Shown: positions 21,536 through 32,915 of the stretch, piece by piece | Layout: each line of letters begins with the position of its first letter | How positions within the stretch are numbered: position 1 is the first letter of the stretch | Assembly: GCF_902713615.1 (NCBI RefSeq) | Contig: NC_052149.1 | Span: forward strand, 232,846,069 to 232,910,068 | Source of the DNA: Scyliorhinus canicula | Taxonomy: Eukaryota | Length of the DNA: 64,000 nucleotides | Direction: 5' to 3' | The notes under the pieces: generated by a model | Seen by the model: only the letters and a program-made list of their open reading frames with translations | Databases searched by the model: none | Told to the model about the DNA's origin: nothing | Position numbers and translations under genes: made by a program

Positions 21536-21744
21536 CCGAGTCGTTCTCGAGTAAGGGTCAGTATCTGAAGAGGATTCGTTACCATGGCAGAGGTATGTTT
21601 GGCATCATGGACAGAGTCTATTGCCACTACTTTGTCAAGTTGGTGGAAGGGAGACCCCCAGTGGAGAAGACGACCACCGGCTTTGACCAGGCCAAGGAGT
21701 ACGTGCAACAATTGCGCAACAGAACCATCATTAGCTCGCTGTAA
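21536..21744 (+). CDS. MRPL22: MRPL22 exon 7, terminal coding part ([39 protein letters not shown]...[16 protein letters not shown])
   Basis: Long polypyrimidine tract plus cag; uL22 motif [19 protein letters not shown]; TAA at 21742-21744. Total CDS is 627 nt = 208 aa plus stop. Confidence 0.96.
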
Positions 21745-21829
21745 TGGCGCAATGGTGATACCGTTAGCTGCATGTGGGCACAGCACACCAATGCAGCAAT
21801 GTCTGGAACAGGCTTGTCAGGTGATTGTA

Positions 21830-21835
21830 AATAAA
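21830..21835 (+). terminator. Probable MRPL22 polyadenylation signal
   Basis: AATAAA about 85 nt after the stop, followed by a T/GT-rich downstream element. Confidence 0.7.
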
Positions 21836-21939
21836 AACTTATCATTCTGTGATTTTGTTTTATTTCATAAACAAATTTGCCCTGCTGCCTTTGTGAGGGC
21901 CCGGTGATCCGAGTGGAAATCAGGACTGCTCTTCCATCA

Positions 21940-24900
21940 GAACATAAGAAACGGGACCAGGAGTAGGACATAAGGATCCTCGAACCTGCTGCATCTTTCA
22001 GTTATCGTTGTTGATCCTCGACCCTGTCTCATCTCCATAACCCTTGATTCCCTGCGCATCTCAGCCTTGATGCTCGTCGACTGATCATCCACAGCTCTCT
22101 GGGCTAGAGAATTCCAAAGATTCAGAAGCGGCTGAGTGAAGACATTTTTTTTTTCTCTCTGTTCAAAATGACCGCCCCAGTTGTCTTGTGATGGGGCCCT
22201 CTAGTTCCAGACTCTCCAGTCTGCAGGAACAGGCCTCTCATCAGGCCGCTAATAATTTTATAGGCTGCAATTAGAGCATCTCTCATTTGTCCGAACTGCA
22301 GAAAGTATAGGCCTATTCTAGGGTGGCACGGGAGCACACTTGTTAACACTATTGCTTCACACGGCAGGGACCCATGTTCGATTCCCGGCTTGGGTCACTG
22401 TCGGTGCGGAGTCCAGTGTCTGTGTAGGTTTCCTCCAGGTGCTCCAGTTTCCTCCCACAAGTCCTGAAAGATGTGTTGTTAGGTGAATTGGACATTCTGA
22501 ATTCTCCCTCTGTGTACCCGAACAGGCGCCGGAATGTGGCGACTCGGGGATTGTCACAGTAACTTCATTACAGTGTTAATGTGAGCCTACTTGTGACAAT
22601 AAAGATTACTATTTATCGATCTCTCTCAACCCAGGGATCAATTGAATAAGCTTTCGTGACACCCACTTCTTAGGTACAGAACCTAAACTGTGCACAATGC
22701 TCCATGCCTGGTCTCACCAAAGCCCTGTCCAAATGCGGAGAGACTTTGGGCCGGATTCTCCGTCCCGCCGCGCCACATTTCTGTTTCACCCCGCCGGCAG
22801 GATGTTCTGTTTTGCCGGCTGCTCAATGGGGTTTCCCATTGTGGGGCAGCCCCAACGCCGTCGGGAAACCCCCGGGCTGCCGGCAAAACGGTGCATCCCG
22901 CTGGCAGAGAATCCAGCCTTTTTATTCTTGTACTCAAACTACTTACCACAGAAGCCAATCTGCCATTCACCTTTCTAATTGCTGGCCGAACCTGCATGTT
23001 AACTTCTACAAGGTCACCAAAATCCCTCTGGACATCCATATTTACTAGCTTTCACTTAATGAAAGTTCTGTCTTTTTATTTTACCTACCAAAGTGGATAA
23101 CCTCACCTTAGACTCCATTTGCCCCCTGACTGGACAGTTCACACCCTGAACATTCTGTACGATCCTGTTCCACACCAGGATGTGCCTAGATGGTTCATCT
23201 CCACCTTATTGAACCAACTTCATTTTGGCTTACTTCCATTGGAATATATCCAAAGATTTATCCGAGTGCGGAAGAAGGATTCTAGGAAGGGGATAAAGCA
23301 ACCGTGGTTAACCAAGGAAGTTGAGGACAGTATTACTCTGAAAAAGAAAAAAACATACAATGTGGCAAAGATTAGTGGTAAACCAGAGGATGGGAAAAGT
23401 TTCAAAAACCAACAAAAGGTGACCAAAAAAATAAAGAGGGAGACAGTAAACTAGCAAGTATTATAAATGCAGGCAGAAAGAGCTTCCCTAAATACTTTAG
23501 AAGGAAGGGAGAGGCCGAAGTGAACATAGGTCCCTTAGAGAATGAGACTGGAGAAATAATGAGGAACCAGGAAATGGCAGAGGAGTTAAACAAATACTTT
23601 GCATCAGTCTTCATGGTGGAAAACACATTTTTAAAAAATATTTTTATTCTCCTTTTTCACAATATTTCTCCCGAATTTACACCCAATAACAATCAATTAG
23701 CTCACCGAGCTAAATCGCTGGCTTTTAAAGCAGGCCAGCAGCACGGTTCGATTCCCGTACCAGCCTCCCTGGACAGGCGCCGGAATATGGCGACTAGGGG
23801 CTTTTCACAGTAACTTCATTGAAGCCTACTCGTGACAATAAGCGATTTTCATTTCATTTCATATCTCAAACCCCATAACAGTAACAATGATCCCATCCTC
23901 CCACCATGCCCAGACATCAGCCCGCATGTTAACATTTAAAAAAAAATTTAGAGTACCCAATTATTTTCTCCAATTAAGGGGCAATTTAGCGTGGCCAATC
24001 TACCTAACCTGCACATCTTTGGGTTGTGGGGGTGAAACCCACGCAGACACGGGGAGAATGTGCAAACTACAGACGGACAGTGACCCAGGGCCGGGATTCG
24101 AACCCAGGTCCTCAGCACCGTAGGCAGCAATGCTAACCACTGTGCCACCGTGCTGCCCTAGCCCGCATGTTAACATAAACAAATGACAAAGACAAAAAAA
24201 GGAATCGGGGATTACCCATAGCCATCTTCAACATACACAGCCCCCCGCACCCCACCCACCCTTCCCCCCCCCAACTAATGTTCGATGTTATCCAGTTCTT
24301 GAAAGTGCATAATAAATAGTGCCCATGACATGTAGAACCCCTCCGAGCTTCCCCTCAGTTCGAACTTAACCTTCTCAAGGGTCAAGTATTCCAACAGGTC
24401 CCCCCGCCACACCAAGGCACAGGGTGGAGAGGCCGATCTCCATCCCAGCAGGATCCGCCTTCGGGCGATCAACGAGGCGAAGGCTATGATATCTGCCTCC
24501 GCACCCGTTTCCAACCCTGGCTGATCCGACATGGTGGAAGACACATTAATAACATTCCAAAAATACAATCGAGCAGAGTCAGCATAGCTTCATGAAGGGG
24601 AGATCATGCATGACAAATTTATTAAAATTCTTTGAGGTAACGAGCAGGATCGATAAAGGGGAACCAGTAGATGTAATGTACTTGGATTTCCAAAAAGTGT
24701 TTGAAAAGGTGCCGCACAAAAGGCTACTTAATAAGACGAGCCCATGGTGTTGGGGGCCATGTATTAGCATGGGGGGGGGGGGGTCCCTATGCCCTACTCT
24801 TGTTCCCATTTCTCGCTTTACATTACGTTTCAACTTCACACTGAGTTAAAATAAAGCAGAACGTTCTGGCAGCATCTCTGGAGAGGGAAGCAGGAGTGTT

Positions 24901-25597
24901 TCGAGTCCAATGTGACTCTACGTCAGAACTGAATTGAGTCAGGTGCTTTCAGCAAGCATTGTAATCGGGTTGAGAAAACTCAACCACTTGCTGTTCCCGA
25001 TTTGCTACAGTGTCTCTTGCTGAAAGAGGGTGACACAGCAGAACAGTCAGTCCAACATTAGGCTGGCAGTACGATGTGGCGACGAGACAGAGCTGGGTGT
25101 CATCAGTATGGGAAGAAAGTGACCTGTTTTCAATGCTATTACCGAGGGACATCGAGTGGGAAAAATAGAAGGTGATCAGAGTGTGGGAGCAGGAGGGGAA
25201 GGCATTGCTGTTAATTCTCTGGCTACAATTAGATAGATGAATAAGGAAGTTAAGTGAGTGGGCAAGAACCTGGCAAATGGAATATAATGTGGGCAATTGT
25301 GAAATATTCAATTTTGGCAGGAAGGATAAGCTTATTATCTAAATGGTGAGAGATTGCAGACGTGCAGAGGGATCTGGGTGTCTGAGTGCATAAATCACAA
25401 AAGGTTAGCATGCAGGTTCGGCAAGTAATTAGGAAAGTTAATAGAATGTTATTGTTCATTGTGAGGGGAATTCCAAAATTAACGAGGCTATGCTTCAGTT
25501 GTACAGGGTATTGGTGAGACCACATCTGGAGCATGGTGTACTGTGTTGGTCTCCTTATTTTAATGAGTGATTTAAATGCATTGGAATCAGTTCAGAG
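21940..25597. mobile_element. Cluster of degenerate CR1 fragments (both strands) with nested SINEs, a MITE and a minus-strand L1 3' fragment (about 23628-24529)
   Basis: PWLTKEV, AEELNKYFASVF, YLDFQKVFEKVPH remnants; the L1 fragment is flanked by an ~18-bp TSD catggtggaa(a/g)acacatt. Confidence 0.8.
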
Positions 25598-28500
25598 GAT
25601 GGACTTCCTGTCACAACATGTAGATGGAGGTCGCAGGTTGGGTGGCTCCTGTTAGAGCTTTTGTTTTTTGGCCCCTAGCACCCAGTTTTTGGGGAGAATT
25701 TTGTACGATTATTTGTTGGAAAGCCTAAGGCGACCAAGGGATGTCGAAAACCTAGAAACGGAACGGAATCCGGGGGAAAAGTGGGGGGTTCAGTGTGAGG
25801 GAAGATAGCAGGAACAGGCTCGCGAGTGGGGCCATGCCCATTACAGTGGGCACGCTCGCCGAGGTGATGGCGGGGGAGTTTGAGCGGCTGGTTTTCCAGC
25901 ACCTTAACAGGCATCACAAGGAAATGATGGCCTCGCTCAAGGAGTGGGTGGATGGGATTCTTGCCCCGATAAAGGAGGCGAGAGCAAGGAGAGGTGTTGA
26001 AGGGGGTGGAGGAGGCACTGTCACAGCACAGCGACCAGTTCACCTCGATGGGAGAGGAGCTGCTGAGGGTGGTGGAGAGCAACCGAGGGCTGAGAACCAC
26101 GGTGGAAAACCTGGAGAACAAAGGCAGAATCTAAGGATCGTGGGGCTGGAGGGCCGGAGGCCGACGGAGTACTTTGCAGAGATCTTTGTCAAGTTGTTGG
26201 GGGAGGAGGTGGTGGCTGACCGGGGGGGGGGGGGGGGGGGGTACGTAATAGTAGTGGGTGCTTTGGAGGGGAGGTTTATGGTGGTGGTTAGTCTATATGC
26301 CCTGAATTGGGATGACGGAGGATTTATGAAGAAGATGTTTGTTGGCTGCCATACTGAATTTGGACACACAACAGTTAATACTGGGGGGGGGCTTGAATAC
26401 ACTGCTGAATCCAAAGGTGAATAGGCCCCTGCAACCCCGGCCTGCCCTCGGGGCCGGGGGGGGGGGGGGGGCAGTAATGAGGGAGGGGCGAACCCGTGGA
26501 GGGTTTTGCACCCGAGGGATAGGGGAAGGAGCTATTGGCCAGGGTGAGGAAGGTCTTCGGCGATTGTTATCTCGGACCATGTTCCACATTGGGTGGATGT
26601 GGTCCAGGAGAAGGGGCCGGCACAGAGGTTGGACGTGGGATTGTTGGCGGACCCAATTTTTTCTACAATTGAGAAAGGTGATTGAGGACTATGTAGGGTT
26701 TCATAGGAACAGGGAAAGCCGGCTTCAGTGGTGTGTGAATGGTTGAGAGCAGCAGTGAGGAGCCTGGTGGACAGAGAGAGGAGAGGAGCGGCAGCGGTTA
26801 GTAGAGAATATTTTGGAGATGGACGGAAGGTAGACAGAGTATCCGACTCCACATCATCTGGTGAGGAAGAAGGAGTGACAGGCGAGGTTTGACCTTCCGT
26901 CCGTAGGAAAGGCGGTTCAGCAGTTGAGGTGGGCGAGGTGGGCAGTGTATGAGTACAGGGAGAAGGTCAGCCGCTTGTTGACGGGCCAGCTCTGCCGGCA
27001 GGCGGCTGCGAGAGAGATTGTTTGGGTCTGGGATGGGACAGAGGAGTTGGTGGTGACACTGGAACAGGTGAACAAAGCATTTGAGGTGGTCTCTAAGAAT
27101 TTGTATATGTCAGAGCCTCCGGAGGATCAATTAAATATGAGGGAGTTCCTGGGGTGTGTATCCCGAAGTAGGAGAGGAGGAGAGGACAGGGCTGGAGGAG
27201 CCAGTGGGAGCGAAAGAAGTGCGGGTGGCGATAATAATAATCTAAAATGAATCTGCATTAGTGTTACATTAAGATAATGATAGAATCTTTTATTGGTAGA
27301 GGGATTGAGTTTCGGAGCCATGAGGTCATGCTGCAGCTGTACAAAACTGGTGCGGCAGCATTTGGAGTATTGCATGCAATTCTGGTCGCCGCATTATAGG
27401 AAGGATGTGGAAGCATTGGAAAGGGTGCAGAGGAGATTTACCAGAATGTTGCCTGGTATGGAGGGAAGATCTTATGAGGAAAGGCTGAGGGACTTGAGGC
27501 TGTTTTCGTTTGAGAGAAGAGGTTAAGAGGTGACTTAATAGAGGCATACAAAATGATCAGAGGATTAGATAAGGTGGACAGTGAGAGCCTTTTTCCTCGG
27601 ATGGTGATGTCTAGCACGAGGGGACATAGCTTTAAATTGAGGGGAGATAGATATAGGACAGATGTCAGAGGTAGGTTCTTTACTCAGAGAGTAGTAAGGG
27701 CATGGAATGACCTGCCTGCAACAGTAGTGGACTCGCCAACATTAAGGGCATTTAAATGGTCATTGGATAAACATATGGACGATAAGGGAATAGTGTAGAT
27801 GGGCTTTAGAGGGCTTTCACAGGTCGGCGCAACATCGAGGGCCGAAGGGCCTGTTCTGCATTGCAATGTTCTATGTTCTATATTCATAGAATTTACAAAG
27901 AATTTTTTAACACTGCAATGAAGTTACTGTGAAAATCCCCTCGTCACCACACTGAGGAGGAATTCAAAATGTCCAATTCACCTAACATGCAGTCTTTCGA
28001 GACTTGTGGGAGGAAACCGGAACACCCGGAGGAAACCCACAAAGACACACGGAGCATGTGCAGACTCCGCACACACAAATAGGGAAGTTGCAGACGGGTA
28101 AAGCGTCGAGGCCAGACTGTTTCCCGGTGGAGTTTTAGAAAAGGTTTATGGATATGGAGTCTGCACATCCTCCCCGTGTGTGCGTGGGTTTCCTCCGGGT
28201 GCTCCGGTTTCCTCCCACAGTCCAAAGATGTGCGGGTTAGGTGGATTGGCCATGCTAAATTGCCCGTAGTGTATGGTTAATGGGGGGATTGTTGGGTTAC
28301 GGGTGTACGGGTTACGTGGGTTTAAGTAGGGTGATCATTGCTCGGCACAACATCGAGGGCCGAAGGGCCTGTTCTGTGCTGTAATGTTCTATCTATCTAT
28401 AAGCTGGCTGTGATGAATGTTATCAGTAGCTGCTATAATGGTACCTTACCTTTAATGCGTTGGCCCTTTAAGACCGGGCTTGGAACCCTGGGGGACTCCG

Positions 28501-31500
28501 TCTCTGGCTCCACCCCCAGGAAACGGTATATAGGATGGGGCAGCATGTGATGAGCACACTTCTCGGCTGCTGTTCAGTTCTGAGATGATTAAAGCCTTTG
28601 AATCATCTATCTTCTCTCCTGTGTCGTGATTGAGGGTATCTCAGTGGCACTGCTGTTGGTGGAGATGTTTGAAGATGCGGTGGCCAAGGGGAAACCACTG
28701 GAGACAATGGGACAGGCATCCATTTCATTGCTGCTGAAAAGGGACAAGGACCCGGTGGCGTGTGGGTCGCATGGGCCAACATCTCTGTTGAATGTGGATG
28801 CCAAGATTTTGGCGAAGGTGCTGGCACTCAGGTTGGAGGAGTGCTTCCCGAAGGTGATTGGAGAGGACCAGACGGGGTTCGTAAAGGGCAGACAGTTGTC
28901 GTCAAACGTCTGTTGAATGTGGTGCTTTCTTCAGCAGAGGGGAGGGAGTTTGAGCTGGTGCTGCTGCTGGATGCAGGAAAAGCATTTGATCCTGTGGAGT
29001 GGAGCTGTATGTTTGTGGTGTTGGAGAAGTTTGGGATTGGGCCTAGGTTTGTGGAATGGATAAAATTGTTGTATAAGGAGCCGATGGCTTGTGTGCGCAT
29101 AAATGCGATGATTCAGGGTACTTGGCGTTGCATCGGGGAACTCGGTAGAGGTACCCCCTGTCTCCCCTCTTTGTGCTGGCAATAGAGCTCTTGGCCATAG
29201 CGCTGATGTGCTGGGATAAATGGAGGGGGGTGATGGTGGGGGGGCTTGCGGTTGAAGTATCGAGTGTCCCCGTATGCTGATGACCTGTTGCTGTGTCCCT
29301 CCAACCCGGGCTCCTCAGTGGGGGATTAAGTGGGACTGCTTTGGAGACTTGGGGCTTTTTCAGGCTACAAGTTAAATTTGGGAATAAGTGAGCGTTTTGT
29401 GGTGTCTTCACTGGAGGTGGGAGCCAGGTTGAGGGGGATGGGGGCGGAGGGTTTGCCCTTTCTGCTGGCAACAACCCACTTTAGGTATCTGGGAGTGCAG
29501 GTGGCTCAGGACTGGGACCTGGTGGCACCACGGTTAGCACTGTTGCTTCACAGCTCCAGGGTCCCAGATTCGATACCCGGCTTGGGTCACTGTCTGTGTG
29601 GATTCTGCACGTTCTCCCCGTGTGTGCGTGGGTTTCCTCCGGATGCTCCGGTTTCCTCCCAGAGTCCAAAGATGTGCGGGTTAGGTGAATAGGGCATTCT
29701 GAATTCTCCCTCGGTGTACCCGAGCAGGCACCGGAGTGTGGAGACTCGGGGATTGTCACAGTAACTTCATTGCAGTGTTAATGTGAGCCTACTTGTGACG
29801 CTGCTAAAGATTATGTAAGTTGAACGTTACGAGTCTGGTGGGCTGGGTCATGGGGGATGTTTCGAGGTGAGATAGCCTTCCCCTATCGTTGGCAGGCTGC
29901 GCGCAGACAGTTAAGATGAACATTTTGCCGCGCTTTTTATTTTTGATTCAGTGCTTATCCGTCTTTTTGCCCAAATGGTTTTTCATTGGGGTGAGTAGGT
30001 CGGTTTTGTCATTTGTGTGGACAGGTAAGGTGGCAAGGATTAGGAGGAGGGTGCTTCAGAGAGGCCATAGTCAGTTTGGCCCTTCCGAACCTGTTGGACT
30101 ATTATTGGGCGCCGAACGCGGAGAAGGTGCGGGGTTGGAGTAGGGAGACGCTGGCTTTGTGGGGTGAGGATGGAGGCAGGCTCCCATAAAGGGTCGGGAG
30201 GGATGCACGGTGGCGCAGTGGGTTAGCCCTGCTGCCTCACGGCACCGAGGTCCCAGGTTCGATCCCGGCCCTGGGTCACTGTCCGTGTGGAGTTTGCACA
30301 TTCTCCCCGTGTCTGCGTGGGTTTCGCACCCACAACCCAAAAGATGTGCAGGGTAGGTGGATTGGCCACGCTAAATTGCCCCTTAATTGGAAAAAATGAA
30401 TTGGGTACTCGAAATTAAAAGAAAAAACTTTTTTAAAAATAAAGGGTCGGGGTCGCAGGCGCTGGCAGCGATGCCGCTCACGTTTGCCACATGGAAGTGC
30501 CCGGGGTGTCCGTGCTGGTGGCCACACTGAAAATGTGGAGGCAGTTTCGGCAGCACTTGAGGTTGGGGGCAGGGTCAAAGTTGATGCCGATCCGAGGGAA
30601 CCACGGGTTTGAGCCAGTGAGGATTGACGCGAGGTTTCGGGGATGGGAGGGGCGATGGAGATGAAGGACTTATTTATAGAGGCTGTTTGCAAGTTTGGAG
30701 GAATGGGGGAGATGTTTGGGAGGTTTTCAGGTATATGCAGGTGCGGGACCAGAACCACCTTTCTGGTGGGTCCCCCCTCCTCGTTGCTGGAGGGGGTGTT
30801 GTCGGTGATGGTGTTGGTGGGGAGGGGGGGTCCCTCAGCAATCTTTGGGGGGGGTTTTGGAGGAGGATAGGGTGTCTCCGGAGGGGGCTAAGGCCACGTG
30901 GGAGGAGGAGCTGGGGATGTCGCTGGAATAGGCAGTGTTTTGAGGTGCTGCGGAGGGTGAATGTCTCAATCTTGTGCGCGAGGCTGGGGCTGATACAACT
31001 AAAGGTGGGACACAGGGCGCACCCGACAAAGTCGGGGATGAGCCGGCTGTTTGAGGGGGTGGAGGATATTTGTGAGCGGTGTGGCGGGGTGGGGGGCAGT
31101 CAATAACGTACATTTGTTCTGGTCATTCTTCAGCACCTTGTCGGCGATCCTGCACGTGTCCCCTGGGGGCCACATTCGGGTGTCAGATCTGCCGGAGTTG
31201 CAGGCGAGAGCGGGAGCAGATGTTTTAGCCTTCGCCTTGTTGATCAGCTGAATCCTGTTGGGGCGGAGGTCAGTCTCTGCCTTGTACATCGGGGTGGGTG
31301 GGGGATTTAATGGAGTTCTTGTACTTGGAAAAGGTGAAATTTGCTTTGGGGGCGAGCGAGGGATTCCACAAGAGCTGGGGCTTGTTTATATTACATTTCA
31401 AGGAGCTGGTTACCGTCGACTGTTAGGGGGGTGCTGGGGAGGTGGGTTATAGGGTGTTGTGGGAGGGGGGGGGGGGCAGGTTTGCGGTTTTGTGTTGGTT

Positions 31501-31560
31501 TTACTTTGTAATGTTAGGTGTTTTGAACATTATAATGTTAAAACTTGAATAAAAATTAAA
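25598..31560 (+). mobile_element. L1-clade LINE spanning 5' end to 3' end, internally deleted and decayed, inserted into a CR1; contains nested CR1 (~27290-27880), SINEs and a solo LTR
   Basis: ORF1 RQNLRIVGL, endonuclease ILGGGLNTLLNP, RT ISLLLKRDKDP..SLLNVDAKILAKVLA, DQTGFVKGR, YADD; TSD aa(t/g)cagttcagag at 25585-25597 and 31561-31573. Confidence 0.88.
28409..28643 (+). mobile_element. Short solo LTR (235 bp)
   Basis: TG...CA termini, 5-bp TSD ctggc/gtggc (one mismatch), TATA and ATTAAA; start resembles the 42232 LTR. Confidence 0.6.
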
Positions 31561-31997
31561 AAGCAGTTCAGAGAAGCTTTACTAGACCAAAAACCAGGAA
31601 TGGGCAGGTTGTTTTATGAGGAGAGGTTGGGTTTGTATCCGCTGGAGCTTTGAAGAAGAAGCAACTTGATCAAAACCTTTAACACCCTGATTGGTATTGA
31701 CAGGGTGGATGTGGAGAGGATGGTGGCACGGTAGCATAGTGGTTAGCACTGGTGCCTCACAGCACCAGGGACCCGGATTCCATTCCCGGTTTGGGTCACT
31801 GTCTGTGCGGAGTCTGCACGTTCTCCCCGTGTCTATGTGGGTTTCCTCCGGGTGCTCCGGTTTCCTCCCACAGTCCAAAGATGTGCAGGTTAAGTGGATT
31901 GGCCATGCTAAATTGTCTCATAGTGTCCAAAGGTTACTTGGGTTACGGGGATAGGGTGGAGGTGTGGGCTTAAGTAGGGTGCTCTTTCAAGGGCCAG

Positions 31998-32915
31998 TGA
32001 TTGATTGATTGATTGTCACATGTACCGAAGTACAGTGAAATGTATTTTTCTGCGGCCAAGGGAACGTACACAGTACGTATATGGTAGTCAAAAAGAATAA
32101 TCAACGGAGTACATTGAGAAATAGTATATCAACAAACAGTGATTGGTTACAGTGCGGAACAAGGGGCCAATCAAAGCAAATGCATGAGCAAAAGCAGCAT
32201 AGGGCGTTGTGAAACGTGTTCTTACAGAGAACAGATCAGTCCGAGGGGGAGTCATTGAGGAGTCTTGTAGCTGTGGGGAAGAAGCTGTTCCTATGTCTGG
32301 ATGTGTGGGTCTTTAGACTTCTGTACCTTCTGCCTGATGGAAGGGTCTGGAAGGAGGCAAAGCCTGGGTGGGATGGGTCTCTGATAATGCTGTCTGCCTT
32401 CCTGAGGCAGTGGTGGGGGTGGCAAGCTTGTGTGATGCATTGGGCTGAGTTCACCACCCTCTGCAGTTTATTGCGATCTTGGGCCGAGCAGTTGCCATAC
32501 CAGGCTGTGATGCAGCCGGATAGGATGCTCTCAATGGCAGATCTGTAGAAGTTTGTGAGAGTCAAGATAGACATGCTAAATTTCTTTAGCTTCCGTAGGA
32601 AGTAGAGACATTGTTGGGCTTCCTTGACTGTTGCGTCAATGCGAGTGGGCCAGGACAGACTGTTGGTGATGGTGACCCCCAGAAACTTAAAGCTATCGAC
32701 CATCTCCACTTTGGAGCCATTGATGTAGATGGGGGAGGGGTGGGGTGTCGTGCTACGCTTCCTGATATCAATGATCAGTCCTTTGGTCTTTCCGACAATT
32801 AGGGATAGGTTGTTTTCGGTACACCATGCAACCAAGTGATTTATCTTCCTTCTGTAGTCTGGTTCATCGTTGTTTGAGATACGACCCACTACAGTCGTGC
32901 CATCCGCAAACATAT
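31998..32915 (-). mobile_element. Rex1/Babar-like LINE 3' fragment
   Basis: FADGTTVVGRISNNDE..KTKGLIIDIRK..FKFLGVTI..LPSGRRYRS..NSFFP; (caat)n tail. Confidence 0.85.

Noticed and set aside
21532-21971. ORF-track proteins overlapping 21.5-22.0 kb
   Set aside because: Wrong frames or antisense of MRPL22 exon 7.
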